From: Octopus sinensis
Lineage: Eukaryota
Reading direction: 5' to 3'
NCBI RefSeq assembly: GCF_006345805.1
Contig: NW_021833477.1
Span: 1-28,790, forward strand
Length of the DNA stretch: 28,790 nt
The first letter of the stretch is position 1. Every line of letters starts with the position of its first letter. Shown in pieces: positions 9,739-20,115 of the stretch. The notes beneath the pieces are model-generated. The model saw only the letters and a list, made by a program, of their open reading frames with translations. It searched no databases and was not told where the DNA came from. A program made the translations under genes and the position numbers.

Positions 9739-9890
9739 GGCGCAGGAGTGTGCTGTGTGGTAAGTAGCTTGCTTACCAACCACACAGTTCTGGGTTCAGT
9801 CCACTGCGTGGCACCTTGGGCAAGTGTCTTCTGCTATAGCCTCGGGCCGACCAAAGCCTTGTGAGTGGATTTGGTAGACGGAAACTGAAA
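9739..9890 (+). mobile_element. OK-like SINE, 5' half
   Basis: Matches 6286-6440. Confidence 0.9.
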
Positions 9891-9915
9891 TATATATATA
9901 TATATGTGTGTGTGT

Positions 9916-10217
9916 GTGGAGGCGCAATGGCCCAGTGGTTAGGGTAGCAGACTCGCGGTCGTAGGATCGCGGTTTCGATTCCCAGACCGGGCGTTGTGAG
10001 TGTTTATTGAGCAAAAACACCTAAAGCTCCAAGTGGCTCCTGCAGGAGTGGTGGCGATCCCTGCTGTACTCTTTCGCCACAGGTTTCTCTCACTCTTTCT
10101 TCTGTTGGCCTGCTCGCTTAGCCAGCGGGGTGGCTTCATTCGAAGGCTAAAACAATGCGAAACACATTGTGACCAACAATGTGTAGCAACATCTGATAGC
10201 CTGGTCGGTCACGTGAT
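9916..10217 (+). mobile_element. tRNA-derived SINE of the OR-like group, tail type 1 (ends GGTCACGTGAT)
   Basis: GGAGGCGCAATGGCCCAGTGGTTAGGG...GGTTTCGATTCCC tRNA-like head. A homologous reverse copy lies at 25181-25476. Confidence 0.88.
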
Positions 10218-10664
10218 ATATATATATATATATGTATGTATACACACCAACACGTCTTTATACAACGACACACGAATACCGTGACACACTAATATATCTA
10301 AACAAAATACTTACGCCCTAATATATGAGATGCGTTCCAGAAGTTTTCGGACTGCCACACGATAGACATTTATTAATTCCTAAGAAGTACAAAGCAATAA
10401 TCTCTCTTAAAGTGGCATCCTCTGGATTAGAGCATCGCGCTCACAATCACGAGATTGTGAGTTCGGTTCCTGTATGATTGTGAGTTCGGTTCCTGTATGA
10501 TGTGTTGGCATGGAGAGAATATGCATAGGTGATTGCAGGTCTTTTATAAACAACCTTACCCAGACTTGTGCCTCGGAGGGGAATATTCTATGATCATTCA
10601 TACCCAAGGAGAGGTCTTTACCATATATATATATATATATATATAGCTCTACTATAGCTTTGAA

Positions 10665-10907
10665 CCAACCAAAGCCTTGTGATTGGATTTGATAGACGGA
10701 AACTGAAAGAAGCCCATTGTATATATGTATATATATATATATGTATGTGTGGTGGTGTGTTTACGCCCCCGTAACTTAGCGGTTTGGCAAAAGAGACCAA
10801 TAGAATAAGTACTAGGCTTACAAAGAACAAGTCCTGCGGTCGATGTGCTCGACTAAAGGCAGTGCTCCAGCATGGCCACAGTCAAATGACTGAAACAAGT
10901 AAAAGAG
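10665..10907 (+). mobile_element. OK-like SINE, central and 3' part
   Basis: CCAAAGCCTTGTG...GGAAACTGAAAGAAGCCC...GGTGTGTTTACG...CAGCATGGCCACAGTCAAATGACTGAAACAAGTAAAAGAG. Confidence 0.9.
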
Positions 10908-10947
<40 letters not shown>

Positions 10948-10958
10948 ATATATATATA

Positions 10959-11260
10959 GTGGAGGCACATGGCCTAGTGGTTAGAGCAGCGGACTCGCGG
11001 TCGAGGGATCGTGGGTTCAAATCTCAGACCGGGCGATGTGTGTGTTTATGAGCGGAACACCTAAGCTCTACACGGCTCTGGCAGAAGGTAATGGTGAACT
11101 TCTGCTGACTCTTTCGCCACAACTTTCTCTCACTCTTTCATCTTGCATCTTGCAGCTCACCTGCGACGGACCGACGTCCTGTCCAGGTGGGGAACCTATA
11201 CACCAAGGAAACCGGCAAACCGGCCCTTATGAGCCAGATGTGGTTCGAGAAGGAACAAAC
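10959..11260 (+). mobile_element. tRNA-derived SINE of the OR-like group, tail type 2
   Basis: Head and body are homologous to 9916-10110 up to CTCTTTCGCCACA..TTTCTCTCACTCTTT. The 3' third is unrelated (GTCCTGTCCAGGTGGGGAACC...GAGAAGGAAC). Confidence 0.85.
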
Positions 11261-11390
11261 ATATATATATATAAATTTTAGCGCGCCAGAACTAAGACAT
11301 TTGAAATTAACCCCAATGTAATCGGTGAAGCTAAGCACGTGTCTGTTTTTATACGGAATACTGATGGTTAGTTTTACAAATTGCATTACC

Positions 11391-11487
11391 TGTGGAACGA
11401 TCACACTGACGAGACTACGGGCAATTGGATTACATAAGTGATTCATTCGTTAATAGGCGAAACCGCCGGTCTGTGAGTAATTCTGTG
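11391..11487 (+). ncRNA. Type I hammerhead ribozyme (intact catalytic core) within a ~470-bp Penelope-like/retrozyme-like element (~11280-11750)
   Basis: Stem I TCACA(11401-05)/TGTGA(11472-76); core CTGACGA(11406-12); stem II GACTA(11413-17)/TAGGC(11454-58) with one A.G mismatch; GAAA(11459-62); stem III ACCG-C-CGGT(11462-70); GUC cleavage triplet ending at C11471. Confidence 0.8.
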
Positions 11488-11746
11488 TTTTTATATAATT
11501 TTCATCTGTCTTGCCCGCATATTGTCCTGGTGTCCGCTGAATTTTCCTCTAGAGAACATTCTTTTCTTTGTAGTTTGATCGTAGGTGATCTACTTCTAGC
11601 ATACGGCTGACCACATAGTGGTTTTTGCTCTTTAAATATACACATGTATTAAAATTTTCTCTGATTTTTCAGATTTTTGTATGCTAGGCTACTGGTTTTA
11701 AATTGATATTGACTAAATTAATATTAAATTTATCTCCTTCATTATT

Positions 11747-11798
<52 letters not shown>

Positions 11799-11802
<4 letters not shown>

Positions 11803-12166
11803 TTATATATGCGGAGAAAATCCCTGGAGAAGGACATCATGCTCGGAATGGTCAGTGGCAAGAGAGGAAGAGGCCGACCAATGGAGAAGTTCTTAAGCAG
11901 ATCAGGCCGAAAATGTCGCTAGAAGCTAGGATCACCAAGCATAGATTGGCATATTTTGGTCATATTATGCGGAGAAAATCCCTGGAGGACATCATACTCG
12001 GAATGGTCAGTGGCAAGAGAGGAAGAGGCCGACTAAGAACCCGCTGGCTTGACACCATCAAGAGTGATACCGGAATGGACATAGCCAATCTGAAAGAAGC
12101 GGCCCAGGATAGAACTGACTGGAGGACACTGATCCAACGAGTGACCGAGAGTCGACTTCGACTGAG

Positions 12167-12209
<43 letters not shown>

Positions 12210-12583
12210 GGAATGGTCAGTGGCAAGAGAGGAAGAGGCCGACCAAGAACCCGCTGGCTTGACACCATCAAGAGTGATACCGGAATGGACATGGCCAGTC
12301 TGAAAGAAGCGGCCCAAGATAGAACTGACTGGAGGACACTGATCCAACGAGTGACCGAGAGTCGACTTCGACTGAGCGGATATATACATATGTATACGGA
12401 ATGGTCAATGGCAAGAGAGGAAGAGGCCGACCAAGAACCCACTGGCTTGACACCATCAGGAGTGATACCGGAATGGACATGGCCAGTCTGAAAGAAGCGG
12501 CCCAGGATAGAACTGACTGGAGGACGCTGATCCAACGAGTGACCGAGAGTCGACTTCGACTGAGCGGATAGAGAGAGAGAGAG
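11799..12583 (+). mobile_element. RTE-clade (BovB-like) LINE 3' end as one partial plus three tandem copies separated by (TA)n
   Basis: TNGEVLKQIRPKMSLEARITKHRLAYFGHIMRRKSLEDIILGMVSGKRGRGRLRTRWLDTIKSDTGMDIANLKEAAQDRTDWRTLIQRVTESRLRLSG matches the RTE/BovB ORF C-terminus pattern (YFGH.MRR..SLEK...LG...G.R.RGR...RWLD). Copies at 11799-11880, 11881-12170, 12208-12380 and 12396-12571. Only the last has the TAG stop and a (GA)n tail. Confidence 0.92.
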
Positions 12584-13083
12584 CATGTTCGCTGCTAGCT
12601 TTTTTATTTTTTCATGAAAGGCTGAAGTTCTCGTATCGTATCTTTTTCTCTTGGTTTATGGATATCAAAAGCTCTGTCTCGTCTGCTTTTAGGACAGTAA
12701 TTTAGAAGTATGCATATTCTATGTCCTGATTTGACGAATTCTTCTTAAATTATTGTAATATTAATAATGTAAGTAAAGTTAATTGTTAACATACTTTTAG
12801 TTCCATAAAGGTATTTTTAATACCGTTATTTGTATTGCAAAACTTTAAATTTTTTTTTAATGTCAGATCGATTTTTCGTATATTATTCCACTTTAAATAT
12901 TTTGTATTCCACCCGAGTCGTTAATGATCAAGATTATATTCATTCTTTTTATCGTTGTTATTCCTCTTAGTTTTATTATTGTCATTTTCCTTGCCTAGTC
13001 GTGAATTTCTCTGGCTTATTTGTAAATGTTTCGTAATATTTGAACATTTTGTAGACATTTTAATGTAATTTATACTTTAAACC

Positions 13084-13855
13084 AAGAGTTCTCAATCATT
13101 TCTTTTACCTATGGACCCCTTTGATTACTATCTTAATCTGGTGGACCCCAATAGCCATTCGAAGTTTTAAAATTAGTTCTATAGAAACTTCTTTCAAAAT
13201 CCCTATTTTGGTTTTCACAACCCTTTCGTTACCAATCCGGCTGAAACCACCTCTGGCTCTGTAGTACAAATGCCTTGTTTTAAAATCTTCCACCAAACCT
13301 TAGTCACAATTTATGTTCCTAACACTAGCTTAATGATAACTAAGTTATTTTACTAAATTCTTTATGTTTAAAATTAATTGAAAGAAACACAGAGCATCTC
13401 AACAGAAATAGGGTAACAAAAGGGTGTAGGTGGAACAATGTAAAATGTTAGAGAAAGAAACCCATCTGTTTCTTGCAATACATAACCAATACATACATCT
13501 AAAGCAGGGGTTCCCAAACATCTTTTTTTACTTGTGGGCCCCTTTGATTACTCTTTCATTCTAGTCGACCTATATAGCCATTCAATATTTAAAAACTAGT
13601 TTTATAGAAACTTCTTTCAAAATTCCTATTTTGTTTCTCACCCATTAACTTGTGTAGGTTGAACTATGGAAAATGTTAGAGAAAGAAACCCAGCTGTTTC
13701 TTGCAATACAGACCAATACATACATCTAAAGTGAAATTTTGTCAGGAGACCTTCAAACACAATTGTAGATCGCCTATGTACTATTTCGTTGTGTAAATCC
13801 CCTAAAATCTTATATGGACCCTCTGTGCCATATGGACCCTGGTTGAGAACCCCTG
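13084..13855. mobile_element. Two adjacent copies of a hAT-type MITE (truncated, interrupted copy 13084-13504; complete copy 13505-13855)
   Basis: The complete copy has ends CAGGGGTTCCCAAAC...GTTGAGAACCCCTG. Internal blocks (CCCCTTTGATTACT, ATAGAAACTTCTTTCAAAAT, AAAATGTTAGAGAAAGAAACCCA, ACATACATCTAAAG) occur in both copies. The 8-bp flanks ATCTAAAG/CTTTAAAT are not identical. Confidence 0.75.
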
Positions 13856-13894
13856 CTTTAAATCCTAATTTTCAAAAATGCGTAGCAAGTGAAC

Positions 13895-14357
13895 AACCAT
13901 GTTGTCCAAAATACATCAACAGATGCGTGGTCTCAAGCATTTGTCTTATGAAGAAAGGCTGAAGACGCTCGACCTTTATTCTCTAGAAAAACGACGACGC
14001 CGTGGTGATCTCATTCTTGCTCACATCATAAACGGAAAGTGTAACCTCTCGAAAGAGCTGTTCTTCACTCCTGCTCCAGAGCGTCGGCTGCGGGGTCATT
14101 CCGAAAAGCTCTATCTGCGACGATTTCATCTCAATCGAAGGAGAGGGGCTTTCTCCGTCCGGGTTGCGGATCCGTGGAATAAGCTGCCGGACGAGATAGT
14201 GAAGATGCTGACGACCGCTCGGTTCAAAGTCTCTCTTGACCAGAAATGGCCTGAACTCTTTGTATGACCACCCACCCTGTACATAACTCCATGTCTCCCT
14301 ACATGGCCTTGCTTTTTGCTTTTTGAGCCAAAAAATTAACTTAACTTAACTTAACTT
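13895..14357 (+). mobile_element. 5'-truncated CR1-clade LINE (ORF2 C-terminus, 3' UTR, (CTTAA)n tail)
   Basis: GLKHLSYEERLKTLDLYSLEKRRRRGDLI...RLRGHSEKL...RRGAFSVRVADPWNKLPDEIV...FKVSLD matches the CR1 signature YEERL..L.L.SLE.RR.RGDLI...RGH..KL...FS.RV...WN.LP. Stop at 14267; tail TTAACTTAACTTAACTTAACTT. Confidence 0.93.
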
Positions 14358-14711
14358 GTTACTCGTTGATTGTCTCTTTTACAAATCCTATGATCTCAAG
14401 GTGCTTCGGATCTTGCAATATACATCCGTATCTAGCAGACGTGATCTAGGATTATTGAGCTAAAGAGGCCCTCGCTTAAGCGCTTAATCAGCAACCTTTA
14501 TGTCACTCTCCTTACTCCTGTAATATGCAAACATTTCGTTCTCCACCGCCACTCTTGAAGCAGTCCTCCACTAACCTTTTTTGTATCACCTCCAGTCTCT
14601 TTTCCCGGGGCGTAGTTAACTCCAATAGTATTAGCTACCTTGTCCTGGAAGCCAACGGGGTTTCAACAGTTCGAACATAAGATATATTACATTTAAGGGA
14701 AGATGTATGTC

Positions 14712-14929
14712 TTTACTACCCACAAGGGGCTAAACACAGAGGGGACAAGCAAAGACAGACAAAGGGATTGAGTCGATTACATCGACCCCAGTGCGTAGCT
14801 GGTACTTAATTTATCGACCCCGAAAGGATGAAAGGCAGAGTCGACCTCGGCTGAATTTGAACTCGGAACAGACGAAATACGGCTACGCATTTCGCCCGGC
14901 GTGCTAACGTTTCTGCCAGCTCGCCGCCT
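14712..14929 (-). mobile_element. SINE of the 7548-7706 family, with its 5' end
   Basis: The reverse complement reads AGGCGGCGAGCTGGCAGAAACGTTAGCACG...GAGTTCAAATTCAGCC..GGTCGACT..CCTTTCATCCTTTCGGGGTCGATAAATTAAGTACCAG. Confidence 0.85.
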
Positions 14930-15175
14930 CCGAAAAGCTCTATCTGCGACGATTCCATCTCAATCGAAGGAGAGGGGCTTTCTCCGTCCGGGTTGCGGAT
15001 CCGTGGAATAAGCTGCCGGACAAGATAGTGAAGATGCCGACGACCTTTCGGTTCAAAGTCTCTCTTGACCAGAAATGGCCTGAACTCTTTACATGAACAC
15101 CCTCCCTGTACATAACTCCATGTCCCCCTACATGGCCTTGCTTTTTGCTTTTTGAGCCAAAAAATTAACTTAACT
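14930..15175 (+). mobile_element. Second, shorter 5'-truncated copy of the same CR1 LINE
   Basis: Closely similar to 14101-14345, including the 3' UTR and TTAACTTAACT tail. Confidence 0.93.
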
Positions 15176-15312
15176 ATGTACAATATACACATTACAAGTT
15201 CACTCTTCTGTTTGAAATTTCCTTATTACGGATAATGTCATACCAGGAGTCACATTTCAACAGACTGCATTCGTCTCAGTGGAGTTTTTCAATTAATATA
15301 TTTTCTCTTTTT

Positions 15313-15699
15313 TTTTACTTGTTTCAGTCAATTTGACTGCGGCCATGCTGGAGCACCGCCTTTAGTCGAGCAACTCGAACCCCGGGACTTATTCTTTTGT
15401 AAGCCCAGTACTTATTCTATCGGTCTCTTTTGCCGAAACGCTAAGTAACGGAGACGTAAACACACCAGCATCGGTTGTCAAGTGATGTTGGGGGAACAAA
15501 CACAGACACACAAACATACATATATATACATATATACGACGGGCATCTTTCAGTTTCCGCCTACCAAATCCACTCACAAGGCATTGGTCGGCCCGGGGCT
15601 ATAGTAGAAGACACTTGCCCAAGGTGCCACGCAGTGGGACGGAACCCAGAACCATGTGGTTGGTTAGCAAGCTACTTACCACACAGCCACTCCTGCGCC
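15313..15699 (-). mobile_element. Full-length OK-like SINE (reverse)
   Basis: Reverse complement of the 6286-6698 family, including the GGCGCAGGAGTGGCTGTGTGG head. Confidence 0.92.
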
Positions 15700-16042
15700 T
15701 ACTCTTTGAATTTTGTATATAAACTTATTCGTGACCCTGAATTTTTTTTTTTTTAACAGTATATTTCTATGGATTCCCCGTTTTCAGCAACGAACGAAGA
15801 CTTATGATTCTTGCCGCCAAAACAGCCTTTTGTTTCTTTATTTCCAAGTTAAGAATACGGCGACAACGGGTTCTGAAAAATAAAATCACGTACAAAATGT
15901 CTATCTTTTTACAATTCCACCCCACCACCTACCTCCTTCTCAGTCATCCGAATGCCTGGGCAGTTTTAAAACTCGTTCGTTTTCTTTAAATATATATATA
16001 TATATATATATTGCGCAGAAGTGGAGGCGCAATGGCCCAGTA

Positions 16043-17817
16043 GTCTCCGCTCGTCCTCGCAAGCCTATGTATAATAAGCGCAACGGTTTAACAATAATAT
16101 GCGTCTCCGCTCATTCTCGCAAGCCTATGTATAATAGCGCAATGGTTTAGCAATAATATGCGTCTTCGCTCGTACTCGCAAGCCTATGTATAATAAGCGC
16201 AACGGTTTAACAATAATATGCGTCTCCGCTCATACTCGCAAGCCTATGTATAATAGCGCAATGGTTTAACAATAATATGCGTCTCCGCTCATACTCGCGA
16301 GCATATGTATAATAGCGCGATGGTTTAACAATAATATGCGTCTCCGCTCATACTCGCGAGCATATGTAGAATAGCGCAATGGTTTAACAATAATATGCGT
16401 CTCCGCTCATACTCGCGAGCATATGCAGAATAGCGCAACGGTTTAGCAATAATATGCGTCTCCGCTCATACTCGCGAGCATACGTAGAATAGCGCAACGG
16501 TTTAGCAATAATATGCGTCTCTGCTCATACTCGCGAGCATATATGTATAATAGCGCAATGGTTTAGCAATAATATGCGTCTCCGCTCATACTCGCGAGCA
16601 TATATGTATAATAGCGCAATGGTTTAGCAATAATATGCGTCTCTGCTCATACTCGCGAGCACATGTATAATAGCGCAATGGTTTAGCAATAATATGCGTC
16701 TCTGCTCATACTCGCGAGCATATATGTATAATAGCGCAATGGTTTAGCAATAATATGCGTCTCTGCTCATACTCGCGAGCACATGTATAATAGCGCAATG
16801 GTTTAGCAATAATATGCGTCTCCGCTCATACTCGCGAGCATACGTAGAATAGCGCAACGGTTTAGCAATAATATGCGTCTCTGCTCATACTCGCGAGCAT
16901 ATGTAGAATAGCGCAACGGTTTAGCAATAATATGCGTCTCTGCTCATACTCGCGAGCATATGTATAATAGCGCGATGGTTTAACAATAATATGCGTCTCT
17001 GCTCATACTCGCGAGCATATGTAGAATAGCGCAATGGTTTAACAATAATATGCGTCTCTGCTCATACTCGCGAGCATATGTAGAATAGCGCAATGGTTTA
17101 GCAATAATATGCGTCTCTGCTCATACTCGCGAGCATATGTAGAATAGCGCAACGGTTTAGAAATAATATGCGTCTCCGCTCATACTCGCGAGCATATGTA
17201 GAATAGCGCAATGGTTTAACAATAATATGCGTCTCCGCTCATACTCGCAAGAATATGTAGAATAGCGCAACGGTTTAGCAATAATATGCGTCTTCGCTCA
17301 TACTCGCGAGCACATGTCTAATAAGCGCAATGGTTGAACAATAATATGCGTCTCCGCTCATACTCACGAGCATATGTAGAATAGCGCAACGGTTTAGCAA
17401 TAATATGCGTCTCCGCTCATACTCGCGAGCATATGTATAATAGGCGCGATGGTTTAGCAATAATATGCGTCTCCGCTCATACTCGCAAGCATATGTATAA
17501 TAGGCGCAATGGTTTAGCAATAATATGCGTCTCGGCTCATACTCGCAAGCATATGTAGAATAGCGCAATGGTTTAGCAATAATATGCGTCTTCGCTCATA
17601 CTCGCGAGCACATGTCTAATAAGCGCAATGGTTGAACAATAATATGCGTCTCCGCTCATACTCACGAGCATATGTATAATAGCGCAATGGTTTAGCAATA
17701 ATATGCGTCTCCGCTCATACTCGCAAGCCTATGTATAATAGCGCAATGGTTTAGCAATAATATGCGTCTCTGCTCATACTCGCGAGCATATGTAGAATAA
17801 GCGCAATGGTTTAACAA
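16043..17817. repeat. Minisatellite, ~59-bp unit, about 30 copies
   Basis: Consensus AATATGCGTCTCCGCTCATACTCGCGAGCATATGTAGAATAGCGCAATGGTTTAGCAAT (59 nt); 1775 bp / 59 is about 30 units. Confidence 0.97.
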
Positions 17818-18100
17818 ACTAATTTATGATAAACATTAAAAAGAAAACAAATACATTGTAAAACATAAATGAAGAAATGAAGACAGGTTTTATATGTATA
17901 ATAAATATATTTTAATTCATATGGCTTGATAATAAATATAGATGGTGACAATAAAAGGAGTACTACTAGTAACAAGAATAAGTAAAATAATAATTAAAAA
18001 AATAATAATAATGTAGTTAATCAATAACAATTGCTATTTAGTAGTGATGGAACTAATTTTTGTTGAAATACTAATAAGAACAAAAAACTATAAATGATCC

Positions 18101-18693
18101 ATATATATATATATAGATATATATATATAATATATATATATACATATATATACATAAATACATATATATACATATATATATATAATAAAAATACATATAT
18201 TATATATATATAAAATACATATATATTATATATATAAATACATATATATATATATATTAAATACATATATATATATATATTAAATACATATATATATATT
18301 ATATAAATACATATATATATATATAATATAAATACATATATATAATAATATATATATAAATAATATATATATATATATAAATACATATATATAATATATA
18401 TATATATATATATAATAACATATATATTATATAAATACATATATATATATATATATATATAAATACATATATATATATATATAAATACATATATATATAT
18501 ATATATAAATACATATATATATATATATATATATAAATACATATATATATATATATATATATAAATACATATATATAATATATATATAAAATACATATAT
18601 ATATCTATATATATATTATATATATATATATCTATATATATATATATAATAAATACATATATATCTATATATATAATATATATATATATATAT

Positions 18694-18726
<33 letters not shown>

Positions 18727-18971
18727 TATATAATACATATATATATATATATATATAATACATATATATATATATATATTAAATACATATATATTATATA
18801 TATATAATATATATATATACATATATAAATACATATTATATATATATACATATATAATACATATATATATATATACATATATAATACTATATATATATAT
18901 ATTATAAATACATATATATATAATATATATATATATACACACATATATACATATATAATACATATATAAAT

Positions 18972-19015
<44 letters not shown>

Positions 19016-19058
19016 TACATATTTACACACATATATATACATATATATACACACACAC
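18101..19058. repeat. ~950-bp (TA)n-based array with a recurring AAATAC(AT)n sub-unit
   Basis: Nearly pure A/T. AAATACATATAT recurs with variable TA lengths. Confidence 0.95.
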
Positions 19059-19899
19059 GAAAGTGTTATAAACGTATAGACAATATTAAAAAAAAAATAA
19101 AGATACAAGTAATTCATGTGGGGTTTTTTTTCAGTTTAAGTTACCCTATCTTTTTTTTTTTAAAAAAAGGATTAATTAGATTAAAATTAAATTATCGAAA
19201 CGATGCTTTATAACTTTTTTTTTTGTTTTTTTTGTGTCCAAGTCGTTTCGGTGTTGTGTATACATGAATGTCTTTCTGTGGTGTGTGGTGTGTTTAATGT
19301 AATATTAATGTTTAACCTGTGTAGGTTGTGTACAAATTTAAAAGTCTAACTTCCTAAATTTTAGTTTAAATTTTTAATTAGTAAATTACTACGGCTATTT
19401 TTTGACGTGATTATGTCTTTTTTATATATATATATATATTTCAGAAAACATTACTGATATTAAAATAAATCAGTAATGATCGCAATAATAATAATGTATT
19501 AATTAATAATGATAGTTTTTTTTATTTGTCACGAGTGCTGAGACATTTACAAGGCGAAGTGACTAAAAAATTAATAATAATAATAATAATAACTAATAAT
19601 TTTTAAAATTAATGATTTTTAAACTTAAGTAAAAGAAAAAAAATAAAGCTTACAGTTTTTGGTGGGAGTCGGACAATGAATAAGTCAAACTATCGATGAC
19701 TATTTTCTAAGTGGTATTATTATATTTTATCGACCCCAGGGAAATTAAGATAATAAATGGCTAAGTTGACTTTGGCAGGAATTGGAACTTGGAGCATAGA
19801 GTGAAGCATCCAAATACAATACAACTGCAGGCATTTTCCGCCCGTTGCTCACGCATGTCAACCATACAATTGCCCTTTAACTAACTAAATTAAGAATGA

Positions 19900-20084
19900 T
19901 TTCAAATTGTGACACGACGCCGGGAATTTCGTCGGAGGAGGTAAGACAATAACATCGACCAATAGTGCTCGACCGGTACTTTATTTATCGACCTCGCCGG
20001 AATTTTAAGTCAGAACCTTAAAGCCGGTTGAGATACCACTTAAGCGTTTTCTCCGGCGTTCTAACGATTCTGCCAGCTTGCCTT

Positions 20085-20085
<1 letters not shown>
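19900..20085 (-). mobile_element. Diverged SINE of the 14712-14929 family (another remnant at ~19717-19860)
   Basis: ACATCGACC..GGTACTTTATTTATCGAC...CGGCGTTCTAACGATTCTGCCAGCT parallels 14780-14925. Confidence 0.7.

Positions 20086-20115
<30 letters not shown>

Noticed and set aside
9916-9995. tRNA genes at SINE heads (also 4880, 6286, 10959, 25476)
   Set aside because: The tRNA-like boxes continue into SINE bodies present in several copies, and no complete cloverleaf with a matching acceptor stem or a terminator is evident.
12590-13080. Possible decayed Penelope ORF on the minus strand
   Set aside because: Only a vague DL..LKFC..NN.I..F..LK resemblance, with many stops. This cannot be supported without a translated search.
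16043-17817. CRISPR array or coding repeat (ORF 17275-17568)
   Set aside because: Head-to-tail units with no unique spacers. The 59-bp unit is not a multiple of 3, so the ORF is incidental.
18021-19117. YI-repeat ORFs
   Set aside because: Translations of (TA)n tracts.
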